Positions 1-8,466 of a DNA stretch of 50,692 bases are shown piece after piece. The stretch is taken from NCBI GenBank assembly GCA_040381195.1, contig JBEIHR010000003.1, forward strand, positions 1 to 50,692, written 5' to 3'. The DNA comes from Rubricoccaceae bacterium (GTDB lineage: Bacteria > Actinomycetota > Actinomycetes > S36-B12). Made by a program: the position numbers and the translations under genes. The notes beneath the pieces are model-generated. The model was not told where the DNA came from, made no database searches, and saw only the letters and a program-made list of their open reading frames with translations. Position 1 is the first letter of the stretch; each line of letters begins with the position of its first letter.

Positions 1-2
1 AA

Positions 3-611
3 CTCGGTGTCCTGCGCCGTGACTACCACCTCATCGTGGCCCGGTTCGAGCCGGAGAATCATGTTCTCGACGCGGTGCATGCGTACCGCATCTCGGATGA
101 GACCCGGCCCCTCCTCGTCGTCGGTTCGGCCCCATACAGCAAGTGGTACGTGGATCGCGTGCACGAGGCAGCCCAGGGAGACGAGCGGATTACGTTCCTC
201 GGCGGGATCTACGACCACGAGTTGCTCGACCAGCTGTACGCCAACGCCCGCACGTACATCCACGGGCATTCGGTCGGTGGCACCAACCCGAGCCTGCTGC
301 GCGCGATGGGAGCCGGTGCCCCCGTCTTGGCCTTCGATTGCGAGTTCAATCGGGAGGTGACCGCGGAGAAGGCGTTCTTCTGGGCTGATGCCAACCAGCT
401 AGCGACTCTGCTCGATGACATCGCGGGTGGTGAGGACCACGTGTTCGATGCCAACATCGATGCGGACCTGCAGGAGTTCGCCACGGCGGGCAGGAAGCGC
501 ATCGACGAGCACTATCAATGGGACGCCGTCACGGACGACTACGAGCAGTTGATCCGTAACCTTAATGCGGGTGCGCAGCGGCGCAAGGGCCGGCGGCAGG
601 TCAGCGCCTGA
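3..611 (+). CDS. GT4 glycosyltransferase (DUF1972-type, putative rhamnosyltransferase), 5'-truncated
   Basis: Frame open from the window edge; motifs VARFEPEN and YIHGHSVGGTNPSLLRAMGAG, typical of DUF1972/GT4 proteins. Confidence 0.85.
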   Translation, partial: LGVLRRDYHLIVARFEPENHVLDAVHAYRISDETRPLLVVGSAPYSKWYVDRVHEAAQGDERITFLGGIYDHELLDQLYANARTYIHGHSVGGTNPSLLRAMGAGAPVLAFDCEFNREVTAEKAFFWADANQLATLLDDIAGGEDHVFDANIDADLQEFATAGRKRIDEHYQWDAVTDDYEQLIRNLNAGAQRRKGRRQVSA

Positions 612-1372
612 TGCGCATCGCCGCCGTCGTGGTGGCGCATGGCGATGCGCCCTTCCTCGTGAACACCCTGGACAGCATCACCGGCCAGTCGCGCACCCCC
701 GATTCCCGGATTGCGGTGTGTGACGCAGCGTCCCCGCAGGTGGACGCTCTCCTCCGGACGCACGGGTTCGACATTCACCGGGCAACCACCACGAGCCGGG
801 ACGTCACCACCCGAATCGCCCACAACGTCACCCAAGGTGTGCACGCGGTCAAGGACTTCGACCTTGCTGTCCTCGGGGACCATGACGACATTTGGCATAT
901 CGACCGCATCGGTCACCACGAGGCGGTTGCGCGGACATTCCCGGAGGCGGTGATGCTCGCATCGGATGGTCGACTTGTCGATACGAGCGGAGCTCCGCTC
1001 GGTGGCACCGTGCGGGATTCCTTCCCGGTTCCTGCGGGATGGAACGATCTCGACCTGCGCAAACAGTGGACGTATGTCCTGCGTCACTCCGTCGCCACGG
1101 GCGGTGCCTCCGCGGTCGTCCCGCACCGGGTCCTGCGTGTCCCTATCCCCAACGGCTGGTTGCATGACCGCTGGTGGTCCATGCTCGCCGTCCGTGACCA
1201 CGGCATGGTGATCGACGATGCGGTGGTGATCGATTACCGGATCAGTGATGATCAGCGCGTGGGCTTGGATACCCAGGGACAGGAATCGACCCTGCAGTGG
1301 ATCGGCTCCCGCGTTACGTCCCTCACGCGTACGACGAAGCGTGCTGCCGATATCGCGCGCCTGCTCGTCTGA
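611..1372 (+). CDS. GT2 family glycosyltransferase
   Basis: TGATG coupling to the upstream gene; LGDHDDIW acidic motif, ATGG, WLHDRW and IDYR motifs of rhamnosyltransferase-like GT2. Confidence 0.8.
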   Translation: MRIAAVVVAHGDAPFLVNTLDSITGQSRTPDSRIAVCDAASPQVDALLRTHGFDIHRATTTSRDVTTRIAHNVTQGVHAVKDFDLAVLGDHDDIWHIDRIGHHEAVARTFPEAVMLASDGRLVDTSGAPLGGTVRDSFPVPAGWNDLDLRKQWTYVLRHSVATGGASAVVPHRVLRVPIPNGWLHDRWWSMLAVRDHGMVIDDAVVIDYRISDDQRVGLDTQGQESTLQWIGSRVTSLTRTTKRAADIARLLV

Positions 1373-1385
1373 TTAGCCGGTCTGG

Positions 1386-3116
1386 TTAGCCGACCCAGGT
1401 CAACCTCGTGAGGCACGCGACGATCTCACCCGTACCCACCCCCAGATAGGGCGCGGTTGTGCACTCCAGGTCTGCTGGCAACGACCAGGGGGGCAATGAG
1501 GCATAGAGCGCCTCAATCTGGGCACGATCCGGGGCGTACATCGCGATGACCGACGGGCGCATGTCCTCGAGCCGAGTGGTGGTGTCTCGCGTCATCGTGG
1601 CATCGGGGGTCACGAGGTTGTAGTCCCCCCACATCTGCATCGCGGCGACTTCGCGTCCGAGACCATCGGGATCGGTCCAGATCGCGATGGAGTCCGAAGG
1701 TTGTGTGCGCTTGAGTAACCACTCCTGGATGTGCATGCGGGAGGCAAGTTGATCATCATGCTGGAAATCGACGAAGGCGGTTCGAAACGGGTACTGCCCG
1801 TAGATCCCGAGCAGACCCCTGCCGTTCTGCCAGATTTGCGCGCACACGAACAGTGCGCCCATGACGATCACGAGTGCGATCGCGACCCCGGTAGTCCAGC
1901 GAGACCGCGCGAGCAATGCAACCGCACCGAGTGCCACGACCACCACGGCCGCGGCACTCCACGCCATGGAGAGCTCCAGGACTCCGTCGAACCTTCCGGC
2001 CCACAGGAGCAGCGGCACAGTCACCGTGATTCCCGCCCCGAGCACCCACGGATGGAGAGCACGTCCCGCTCGGGTTCCGGGAAAGAGCGAAGTGAAGACC
2101 ACCGTCAATGCCATGAGCGCACCCGGCCATAGCAGTGCCACATAGTGCGGGGCCTCAAGCCACGGTCCCGGCATCACGATCATGATCACTGCGGTCATCA
2201 CGATGTTGGATACCGAGATCGCGAGTGCCGCCCACGTCCACCGGTGCCGAGGGTGGGCGATCGTGGCGATGATCGATGCGACCACTGAGACCACCACCAC
2301 GATCAGAGCCGTGTCGCGCTGCCACGTGGTGGCGTCGCCGATGAACTGGGCATAGTCCAGCCGCGCGTTCCACTCCAGGTACGTGTCCCACCACGAGCGA
2401 CCCGGGAAAATCACGAGTCCGGCGATCCAGAACACGCCGAAGCCGCAGACTCCACCGATGAAAAGTGCGAGAGCGTCCACGCAAAGTCGCTGTAGGCGCG
2501 CGGTGTGGATCTTCCACAGCGCCACGAGCCGCAGTGCGGCCCACATTCCAGCCCCCAGCAGGAATCCGTAGGGATTGATCATCACCAGCCACCCCAAGAG
2601 CGCACCGCTCATTGCGGCAGTCGACCAGCGTGGTGATCCCCAGGGACCGAGTCCCTGGGATGCAGCGCTGCCCAGGTAGGTCACGCCGAGAGACAGCAGC
2701 AGGAAGGTGAGCGCGAGGATCGTCCCGGCGAGGTACGTATTTCCGAGGTAGGCGATCACGACGGTGTTCAACCCCACGAACAGTGCGAGGGCGATCGCCA
2801 ACACCAGTGAGCGGCCGGCGATGCGTACCGCAGCCATGACCGCGGCCACGACCATGACGATCAGGACCACCCGCCAGATGCCGAACCCCCACCACGGGCC
2901 GAGGGTGGTGACGAGGACGCGTACCGGGGCGATGTAGCCGAGCCGGGTCCAGTAGTAGGCGGGTTCCACCGCCCGATCCGCCACATCCGACCCGTAGAGG
3001 GCGAAGGAGGCGTAGAACTCCGAATCAGGAGAGTTGAAGCCGGTCCATGTCTGGGTCACCAGCACGATGAATGCCGAGACGAGTGCCCCCCAGGGCCACC
3101 ACCGGCGGTACTCCAC
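1386..3116 (-). CDS. Polytopic membrane protein, putative GT-C fold glycosyltransferase
   Basis: Start trimmed to GTG 3116 because the longer ORF overlaps the opposite-strand GT4 and a -10 lies 6 nt upstream. Many hydrophobic helices; SPDSEFY after the first TM; soluble C-terminal domain EWLLKRTQPSDSIAIWTD. Confidence 0.7.
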   Translation of the reverse strand: MEYRRWWPWGALVSAFIVLVTQTWTGFNSPDSEFYASFALYGSDVADRAVEPAYYWTRLGYIAPVRVLVTTLGPWWGFGIWRVVLIVMVVAAVMAAVRIAGRSLVLAIALALFVGLNTVVIAYLGNTYLAGTILALTFLLLSLGVTYLGSAASQGLGPWGSPRWSTAAMSGALLGWLVMINPYGFLLGAGMWAALRLVALWKIHTARLQRLCVDALALFIGGVCGFGVFWIAGLVIFPGRSWWDTYLEWNARLDYAQFIGDATTWQRDTALIVVVVSVVASIIATIAHPRHRWTWAALAISVSNIVMTAVIMIVMPGPWLEAPHYVALLWPGALMALTVVFTSLFPGTRAGRALHPWVLGAGITVTVPLLLWAGRFDGVLELSMAWSAAAVVVVALGAVALLARSRWTTGVAIALVIVMGALFVCAQIWQNGRGLLGIYGQYPFRTAFVDFQHDDQLASRMHIQEWLLKRTQPSDSIAIWTDPDGLGREVAAMQMWGDYNLVTPDATMTRDTTTRLEDMRPSVIAMYAPDRAQIEALYASLPPWSLPADLECTTAPYLGVGTGEIVACLTRLTWVG

Positions 3117-3122
3117 GTCTGC

Positions 3123-3128
3123 ACCGTA
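3123..3128 (-). promoter_or_regulatory. Putative -10 element TACGGT, leaderless start at 3116
   Basis: TANNNT 6 nt before GTG; no Shine-Dalgarno at canonical spacing. Confidence 0.55.
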
Positions 3129-3137
3129 GCCGTCCCC

Positions 3138-3143
3138 TACAGT
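3138..3143 (+). promoter_or_regulatory. Putative -10 element TACAGT, leaderless start at 3151
   Basis: TANNNT 7 nt before an in-frame GTG. Confidence 0.5.
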
Positions 3144-3150
3144 GCCGAAC

Positions 3151-5013
3151 GTGCACCAGGCGACGCTGCTCGACGTCACCGACCTCGTGGAGTTCCTGCA
3201 GCGTCGGGAGTCGGTCTCGGGGGTGCAGCGGGTGGTCGCGGAGACCGTGCCCCTGGTGGTGGAGCGCACCGGCGCTCGGACGGTGATCCTGGATCGGGGC
3301 CGTGGGGTCTTCGTCGAACTCACGGCCCAGGAGTTCGCCACACTCGTCGCCGAGGGTGCCCGTTCCCGATCCCGCGAGAACCGGGACGCACTCGCCCAGG
3401 CTGCGGAGGCGGCACTCACCCGCGCCCACGCCGAGGATCCTGTCGTGATCACCCAGGACACCGTCCTGGTGATCCTCGGTGCCCTCTGGATCAGTGACGC
3501 CCTCATGCTCGCCGTGCGCGACGCGCATGCCCACGGCGCCCGCATCGTCGCCCTGCTCTATGACCTCACTCCCGTGATGCGCACCGGCCATACGGCAGCC
3601 GTCAACAACCTGTTTGAGCGTTACCTGACCCTCCTCGCGCAGACCGCCTCCCGCGTCCCGGCGATCAGTAGGTCCTCGCGGGATGACTTCATCACGTGGT
3701 TCGACTCCCATGCTCGTGGTCTTCAGGTGACGACACCCACCCCCGGTGGTGCAGCAACAGGTCTGCCGTGCGGCATCACACCCGGTCAATTCCCGGACAC
3801 GGACTCACCGTGGCCGAGGCCTTATGCGCTGTTCGTGGGCACTATCGAGTCGCGCAAGAACCACATCCTTGCCCTGAACGCGTGGCGCAGGCTCATCGAA
3901 GATCACGGAGCGGATCGTGTCCCGGACCTCGTGTGTATCGGTCGTCTGGGGTGGCACGCGAGTGAATTCCTGCGCGAGTACGTCTACACGCGAGGACTCG
4001 GCGGGAAGGTCACCGTACTCAGTGGCAGTCTCACGGACCCCGAACTCGCCCAGTTCTACGCGCATGCCCAGTTCACCCTTTACCCCAGCAGTTACGAGGG
4101 TTGGGGACTCCCGGTGAGTGAGTCCTTGGCATTCGGCAAGGTCACAATCGTGGCGGATAACTCGTCACTCCCTGAAGCGGGTGGTGATCTTGCCTGCTAC
4201 TTCACCAGCGACGATCTCAATGCGCTTGTTGCATGCGTCGAAGCCAACGCCCTCGACGACGAAGCTCGTGCCCGGCACGAGCGCAGAACCCTTGAAGCGC
4301 CTCCAGCGCCTATCACCTGGGAGCACGTTGCCGATGTGATCGTCGCGGAGATCGACGCTGCACGAACAACGGAAGGAAGGTCCGTGATGGCCCCCATGAT
4401 CGAACTCGGACGCGAGTACGTTTTGGCCACGCGCCCACCCGCACCGGACGAGGGCCACGCCGACCGATACATGGCCTACCTGCAGGCCGAGGGACTCACG
4501 CCCCTGTTGCGCCAGCCGCGCGGGGAGCGGGACTTCGAGACCACCGATGCCGTGGTGACGGGCACATTCGGCTCACCGCAGACCTGGGGACTGGAGCTGC
4601 GACCCGGGTGCAGGGCTGACATCCGCTTCACACGCCCGTTCGAAGGCGCACTCACCCTCCTCCTCGCGACCCGGGCCATGCCCGGACGGGTCACCATCGA
4701 TGCGTCCGGCCCCGGCGGCCCGCTGCGCCAGGAGGTCTATCTGGGGAGCGTGCTCGCACTGCCACTGGGAGCAGGGAGAACCGGGGAGACGGCGCAACTC
4801 ACGCTGGCGGTCGCGGATGCCCAGGACTCCGTGGAGGGATTCCTGGGCCTGCGTTCCTTCGTGGTGCTGCGTGCCGACGACTCGGCGACGGAGATTCTCG
4901 CCCTTCAGGCGGCTGCGGATGCCCTACGTCAGGAGTTGGACTTCCTGCAGAACACCCGCTCGTGGAAACTCACCGCGCCCCTGCGCCGGTGGAAGGGGCG
5001 CGCGTCCGGTTAA
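3151..5013 (+). CDS. GT4 glycosyltransferase with C-terminal beta-rich domain and coiled-coil/amphipathic tail
   Basis: LLDVTDL..SGVQRVV, FVGTIESRKN, YPSSYEGWGLPVSESL; ends LRQELDFLQNTRSWKLTAPLRRW. Alternative start at 3142. Confidence 0.85.
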   Translation: MHQATLLDVTDLVEFLQRRESVSGVQRVVAETVPLVVERTGARTVILDRGRGVFVELTAQEFATLVAEGARSRSRENRDALAQAAEAALTRAHAEDPVVITQDTVLVILGALWISDALMLAVRDAHAHGARIVALLYDLTPVMRTGHTAAVNNLFERYLTLLAQTASRVPAISRSSRDDFITWFDSHARGLQVTTPTPGGAATGLPCGITPGQFPDTDSPWPRPYALFVGTIESRKNHILALNAWRRLIEDHGADRVPDLVCIGRLGWHASEFLREYVYTRGLGGKVTVLSGSLTDPELAQFYAHAQFTLYPSSYEGWGLPVSESLAFGKVTIVADNSSLPEAGGDLACYFTSDDLNALVACVEANALDDEARARHERRTLEAPPAPITWEHVADVIVAEIDAARTTEGRSVMAPMIELGREYVLATRPPAPDEGHADRYMAYLQAEGLTPLLRQPRGERDFETTDAVVTGTFGSPQTWGLELRPGCRADIRFTRPFEGALTLLLATRAMPGRVTIDASGPGGPLRQEVYLGSVLALPLGAGRTGETAQLTLAVADAQDSVEGFLGLRSFVVLRADDSATEILALQAAADALRQELDFLQNTRSWKLTAPLRRWKGRASG

Positions 5014-6269
5014 CGCTTCTTCTTGGGAGCTGAGGTCACGTTGACGGTGTAGGAGGCGGACGAAGCCTTGAGGCTTCCACCGTTACCCATCGATGTTGCG
5101 CTGACGGTGCAGGAACCCGCCCCAAGGGCCGTCAACGTGGCGCCCTCAATTGCGCACGGTCCCGCAATCGCGAGGGCGACAGGGTTGCCGGACCGAGAGG
5201 CTGCACCCAGCGTGACATCCGTGCCGGCCACGAACGAGAGCGGTGTCCCTGCAGCCCAGGCCGCGCCACCGCCGGTCAAAGTGACTGTGTCCGCCGAGGG
5301 TGCGGGAAGCACGTTGATGATCTGAGAGTCATTTCCGTTGTACTGGAAATCCTGCGAGGCGTACTGGACGTTGACGCTCTGGAATCCGATCTTCGTGGGT
5401 GTCCACGGAGCAGTTCCGGTTCCATCCACCAGTGGTCGCGACCCACCCATCGGGTAGCTCACGAACCCGTCGATGCTCAGGTTGAACGCCACGCTGCCAC
5501 CGAGGGAGTTGATGAACGAGGGATTCACCACCGCGGACAGTGTCACGGGGACGCCGAGGTAGACGTTGGCCGGCATTCGGATGGACACCACCTGTGCGGG
5601 ACCCGCGATCGGGCTCTGGGAGTTGGAGGTAGATGCTCCGAAGTTCCCGTTGGCCGGTGTGAATGTTGCGGTCATCTGGGTTGTTCCCGTGCCCGCCTGC
5701 CAGGTGAGGTTCGCGATGGATTCGCCGGTGATCCCGGTCGGCCTGACGGAACCGCTTGCGACCGAGCCCCCTGTGGAGTTGCGCACGGTGACGGTGCCGC
5801 TCGGGGCGATCGATCCGGTCAGTGACTGCACACGCGCAACGATCCCCGTGGTCACGCCCGCGACCACCTCGTTCTGAACCTCCAAGGAGGTCACTGTCGG
5901 CACCGCCGCGACGGTGATCGAGGACGTGTCGATGGTGGTTCCCCCGCCGGTGGCGGTGATGGTCCACGTCCCTGCCTGGTTTGGTGTCCAGGGAAGGTAG
6001 GCGAATCCAGCCGAATTCACGGCGGCCTGACCCGCGTTGCTCGCTCCACCGGGTGTGGTGAAAGTAAATGTGGCCGCCTGACCCGCAAGGGAGGGGGCCT
6101 TCAGGATCACCTGCTGCTGCACTCCGACAACACCGTTGGGGGATGCCACCCAGGACTTGCCGCTCAAGGGTGCGGCGTTGCCAGGAGCTGCCAGCAGGGT
6201 GAGCGAAACACCCAGGACCATGGCGGTGGCCAGTGGGACCAGTCGACTACGGAGCGGGTATGCGGTCAT
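5010..6269 (-). CDS. Secreted Ser/Thr/Gly/Ala-rich Ig-like repeat protein (paralog A)
   Basis: Signal peptide-like N-terminus; GAGGAGG RBS; alternating beta-strand pattern; recurring WTP motifs; C-terminal Cys pair; ends APKKKR. Confidence 0.75.
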   Translation of the reverse strand: MTAYPLRSRLVPLATAMVLGVSLTLLAAPGNAAPLSGKSWVASPNGVVGVQQQVILKAPSLAGQAATFTFTTPGGASNAGQAAVNSAGFAYLPWTPNQAGTWTITATGGGTTIDTSSITVAAVPTVTSLEVQNEVVAGVTTGIVARVQSLTGSIAPSGTVTVRNSTGGSVASGSVRPTGITGESIANLTWQAGTGTTQMTATFTPANGNFGASTSNSQSPIAGPAQVVSIRMPANVYLGVPVTLSAVVNPSFINSLGGSVAFNLSIDGFVSYPMGGSRPLVDGTGTAPWTPTKIGFQSVNVQYASQDFQYNGNDSQIINVLPAPSADTVTLTGGGAAWAAGTPLSFVAGTDVTLGAASRSGNPVALAIAGPCAIEGATLTALGAGSCTVSATSMGNGGSLKASSASYTVNVTSAPKKKR

Positions 6270-6345
6270 GGGGAAGCCTCCTCAGGGCTCAGGAGATTAC
6301 TCCAGTCACTTCCGTTTCGAAAGTCCGAGGTCGAGGAGGCCTGGC

Positions 6346-7551
6346 TCACCGGCCCCGACGTGGGGGCGCCGTGACCGTGACGGTGTAGGTCTGGCTCGCC
6401 TGGGCGTAGCTCGCGCTCCCGGGTGTGAAGGCGGTCACCTGGCACTGCCCGGGGGACCGCGCGGTCAACACCGCCCCACTGAGGGTGCACGGACCGGACT
6501 CACTGAACGTCACCGGCGCTCCGGAGGCTGCAACCCCCGCGAGGGTGACGGAGGTCCCGGCCGCGAGAGTGATCGGTGACGCGATGAACCACGGTGCGCC
6601 GGGCTGCGGATCGACGGTCATGGTGTCCCGCGGAAGTGCAGCCTGGATGGTGACGGGCTGGAAGGATGAACCGCTGACGTTGGTGGATGAGCTGTAGTTC
6701 ACCCCGATGATGTGCACTCCTGCGGCCGAGGGTGTCCACGGAAAGTTCGCGATGCCGTTCACCGTCGGGATGGAGGCGCTGATGCCCTGCCCATCGAAGA
6801 GGAACGCTGCCGTTCCCTGCGGTTGGTTTGCGCCGAGGATCGAGGTGAGGACGGTCGGCGTCCCGACATTCAACTGCGCAGGAAATGCCAGCGAGATGAT
6901 GTTCACCGCGGTGGAGATGGTGGACTGCCCGACTGCGCTCGTTGAGGCCCCAAAGGACGAATTACTCGGCGTGAAATTCGCGATCAGGGACGCGACCCCG
7001 GTTGAACCCGGTGTCCACGTGAAGGTGGCCAGGGAACTCGTCGATGTGCCCACCGGGTTCACGGCAACAGTGGCGATGACGTTCTGCGAGGGATAGTCGC
7101 GAAGTGTCATGGTTCCTGTGGGAGCGAGGGATCCCGCCGGGGCGGTGACGGTGGCCAGTACGGATATGGCGGTGTTCACTTGAGCGTTATTGGGAACCTC
7201 GAGGGCGGTAGTGGTGGGCATCGCTGCCACCGTGATCGTCGTCGTTCCAGACGCAGCCGCGCTTCCGAGACCGTTGATGGTCCAGGTACCCGCGGTCGTG
7301 GGGGTCCAGCTCGCGTAGCCGTAACCCTGGGGATTGATGGGGGTTTGGATTACTAATTGAGTCGCACCTGACGTGAGACCGACGGTGGCGGGTTGCCCCG
7401 ACATCTGGGGTGCGTAGACGACAACCTCCTGTTGCACACCCACGAGGCCGTTTGGCGATGTGATGAACCCCGTAGCGGCCTGGGCGCTCGGAGCGGCGAC
7501 ACCCACGATGCCAGCGATGAGAACGGTGGCCAAAGTTTCTGCAATCCGCAT
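6346..7551 (-). CDS. Secreted Ser/Thr/Gly/Ala-rich Ig-like repeat protein (paralog B)
   Basis: Start MRIAETL after GAGGGG; signal peptide ending AQA; colinear similarity with paralog A (SPNGLVGVQQEV versus SPNGVVGVQQQV). Confidence 0.75.
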   Translation of the reverse strand: MRIAETLATVLIAGIVGVAAPSAQAATGFITSPNGLVGVQQEVVVYAPQMSGQPATVGLTSGATQLVIQTPINPQGYGYASWTPTTAGTWTINGLGSAAASGTTTITVAAMPTTTALEVPNNAQVNTAISVLATVTAPAGSLAPTGTMTLRDYPSQNVIATVAVNPVGTSTSSLATFTWTPGSTGVASLIANFTPSNSSFGASTSAVGQSTISTAVNIISLAFPAQLNVGTPTVLTSILGANQPQGTAAFLFDGQGISASIPTVNGIANFPWTPSAAGVHIIGVNYSSSTNVSGSSFQPVTIQAALPRDTMTVDPQPGAPWFIASPITLAAGTSVTLAGVAASGAPVTFSESGPCTLSGAVLTARSPGQCQVTAFTPGSASYAQASQTYTVTVTAPPRRGR

Positions 7552-7665
7552 TTGCACCCCTCGTGTCCTCGGCCTTGTAGCCGATGTATCTCTCCAGGCT
7601 AGCGGCCTAGACTGCCCGAATCGGGCGTCGGCAGGGGCGTTTCCTCGGGAGGCCGAAGGGGTTTG

Positions 7666-8466
7666 GTGATCTCGGACCTGATCCAGCGACGGGCGCTCAT
7701 TTGGGCGTTCGCCCAACGTGACTTCGCCACCCGCTACCGGTCCAGTGTGCTGGGCTGGGCGTGGTCGCTGCTCCAGCCCTTGGCGACACTTTTGGTCTTT
7801 GCGGCCGTCTTTAGCCTCGTGTTCCGTGTCCAAGCACCACCCCTCGGTGCCGACCCGGAACGGACAAGTTTCGCCGCCTTCGTCTTCACCGGCATGGTCA
7901 CGTGGAACCTCTTTTCCAGCTTCGTTCTCCTATCAATGTCGCAGTTGAAGTCCAATGGCGAACTCCTCCGCAAAGTCCACTTCCCGGCGTGGGCACCGAT
8001 CCTGGGTGCTTCGGTCGTGCAGTTGGTGCAGGTCGGATTGGAGCTTGTCGTTCTCGTCGGAATGTTCCTCTGGCAGGGAAACGTCGGTGCCACATGGCTA
8101 CTCGCGATCCCGATTCTTCTCGGCACGGCGCTCTTCGCGCAGGGTGTAGGACTCATGCTGGCGACGCTCAATGCCCGTTATGGCGACGTTCAATACATCG
8201 TGACTGTCGTGTTGGGTGCGTTGTATTTCCTCACTCCTGTGCTCTACCCGCTCAGCCTTGTGCGAGATACGGCCGAGTGGCTCGTCATCATCGTTGAGGC
8301 GAATCCCATGACGTGGTTTGTAACCGCCATGCACGATGTGATGTATTCCTTAGTTGTCCCTGAGTGGTGGGTTATCCCCGGGCTTCTGGCGTGTGGGGCC
8401 GTCGTCTTTGCGATCGGTCTCAAGGTTTTCGAAAGGTCGAGTGACGACATAGGGGAATTGTTATGA
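7666..8466 (+). CDS. wzm: ABC-2 polysaccharide export permease
   Basis: RDFATRYRSSVLGWAWSLLQPL, LLRKVHFP, YFLTPVLYP and NPMT motifs; overlaps the wzt start. Start 7663 or 7666. Confidence 0.92.
   Translation: MISDLIQRRALIWAFAQRDFATRYRSSVLGWAWSLLQPLATLLVFAAVFSLVFRVQAPPLGADPERTSFAAFVFTGMVTWNLFSSFVLLSMSQLKSNGELLRKVHFPAWAPILGASVVQLVQVGLELVVLVGMFLWQGNVGATWLLAIPILLGTALFAQGVGLMLATLNARYGDVQYIVTVVLGALYFLTPVLYPLSLVRDTAEWLVIIVEANPMTWFVTAMHDVMYSLVVPEWWVIPGLLACGAVVFAIGLKVFERSSDDIGELL

Noticed and set aside
3117-3545. N-terminal extension of the 719-aa ORF
   Set aside because: Antisense to the GT4 gene; the hydrophobic protein begins at GTG 3116, which has its own -10
5010-7551. N-X-S/T sequons in the Ig-like proteins (five in A, three in B) as evidence of N-glycosylation
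   Set aside because: About what chance gives in such Ser/Thr-rich proteins; no enrichment
7552-7833. Extension of Ig paralog B to 495 aa
   Set aside because: Overlaps wzm; the signal peptide and RBS define the start at 7551
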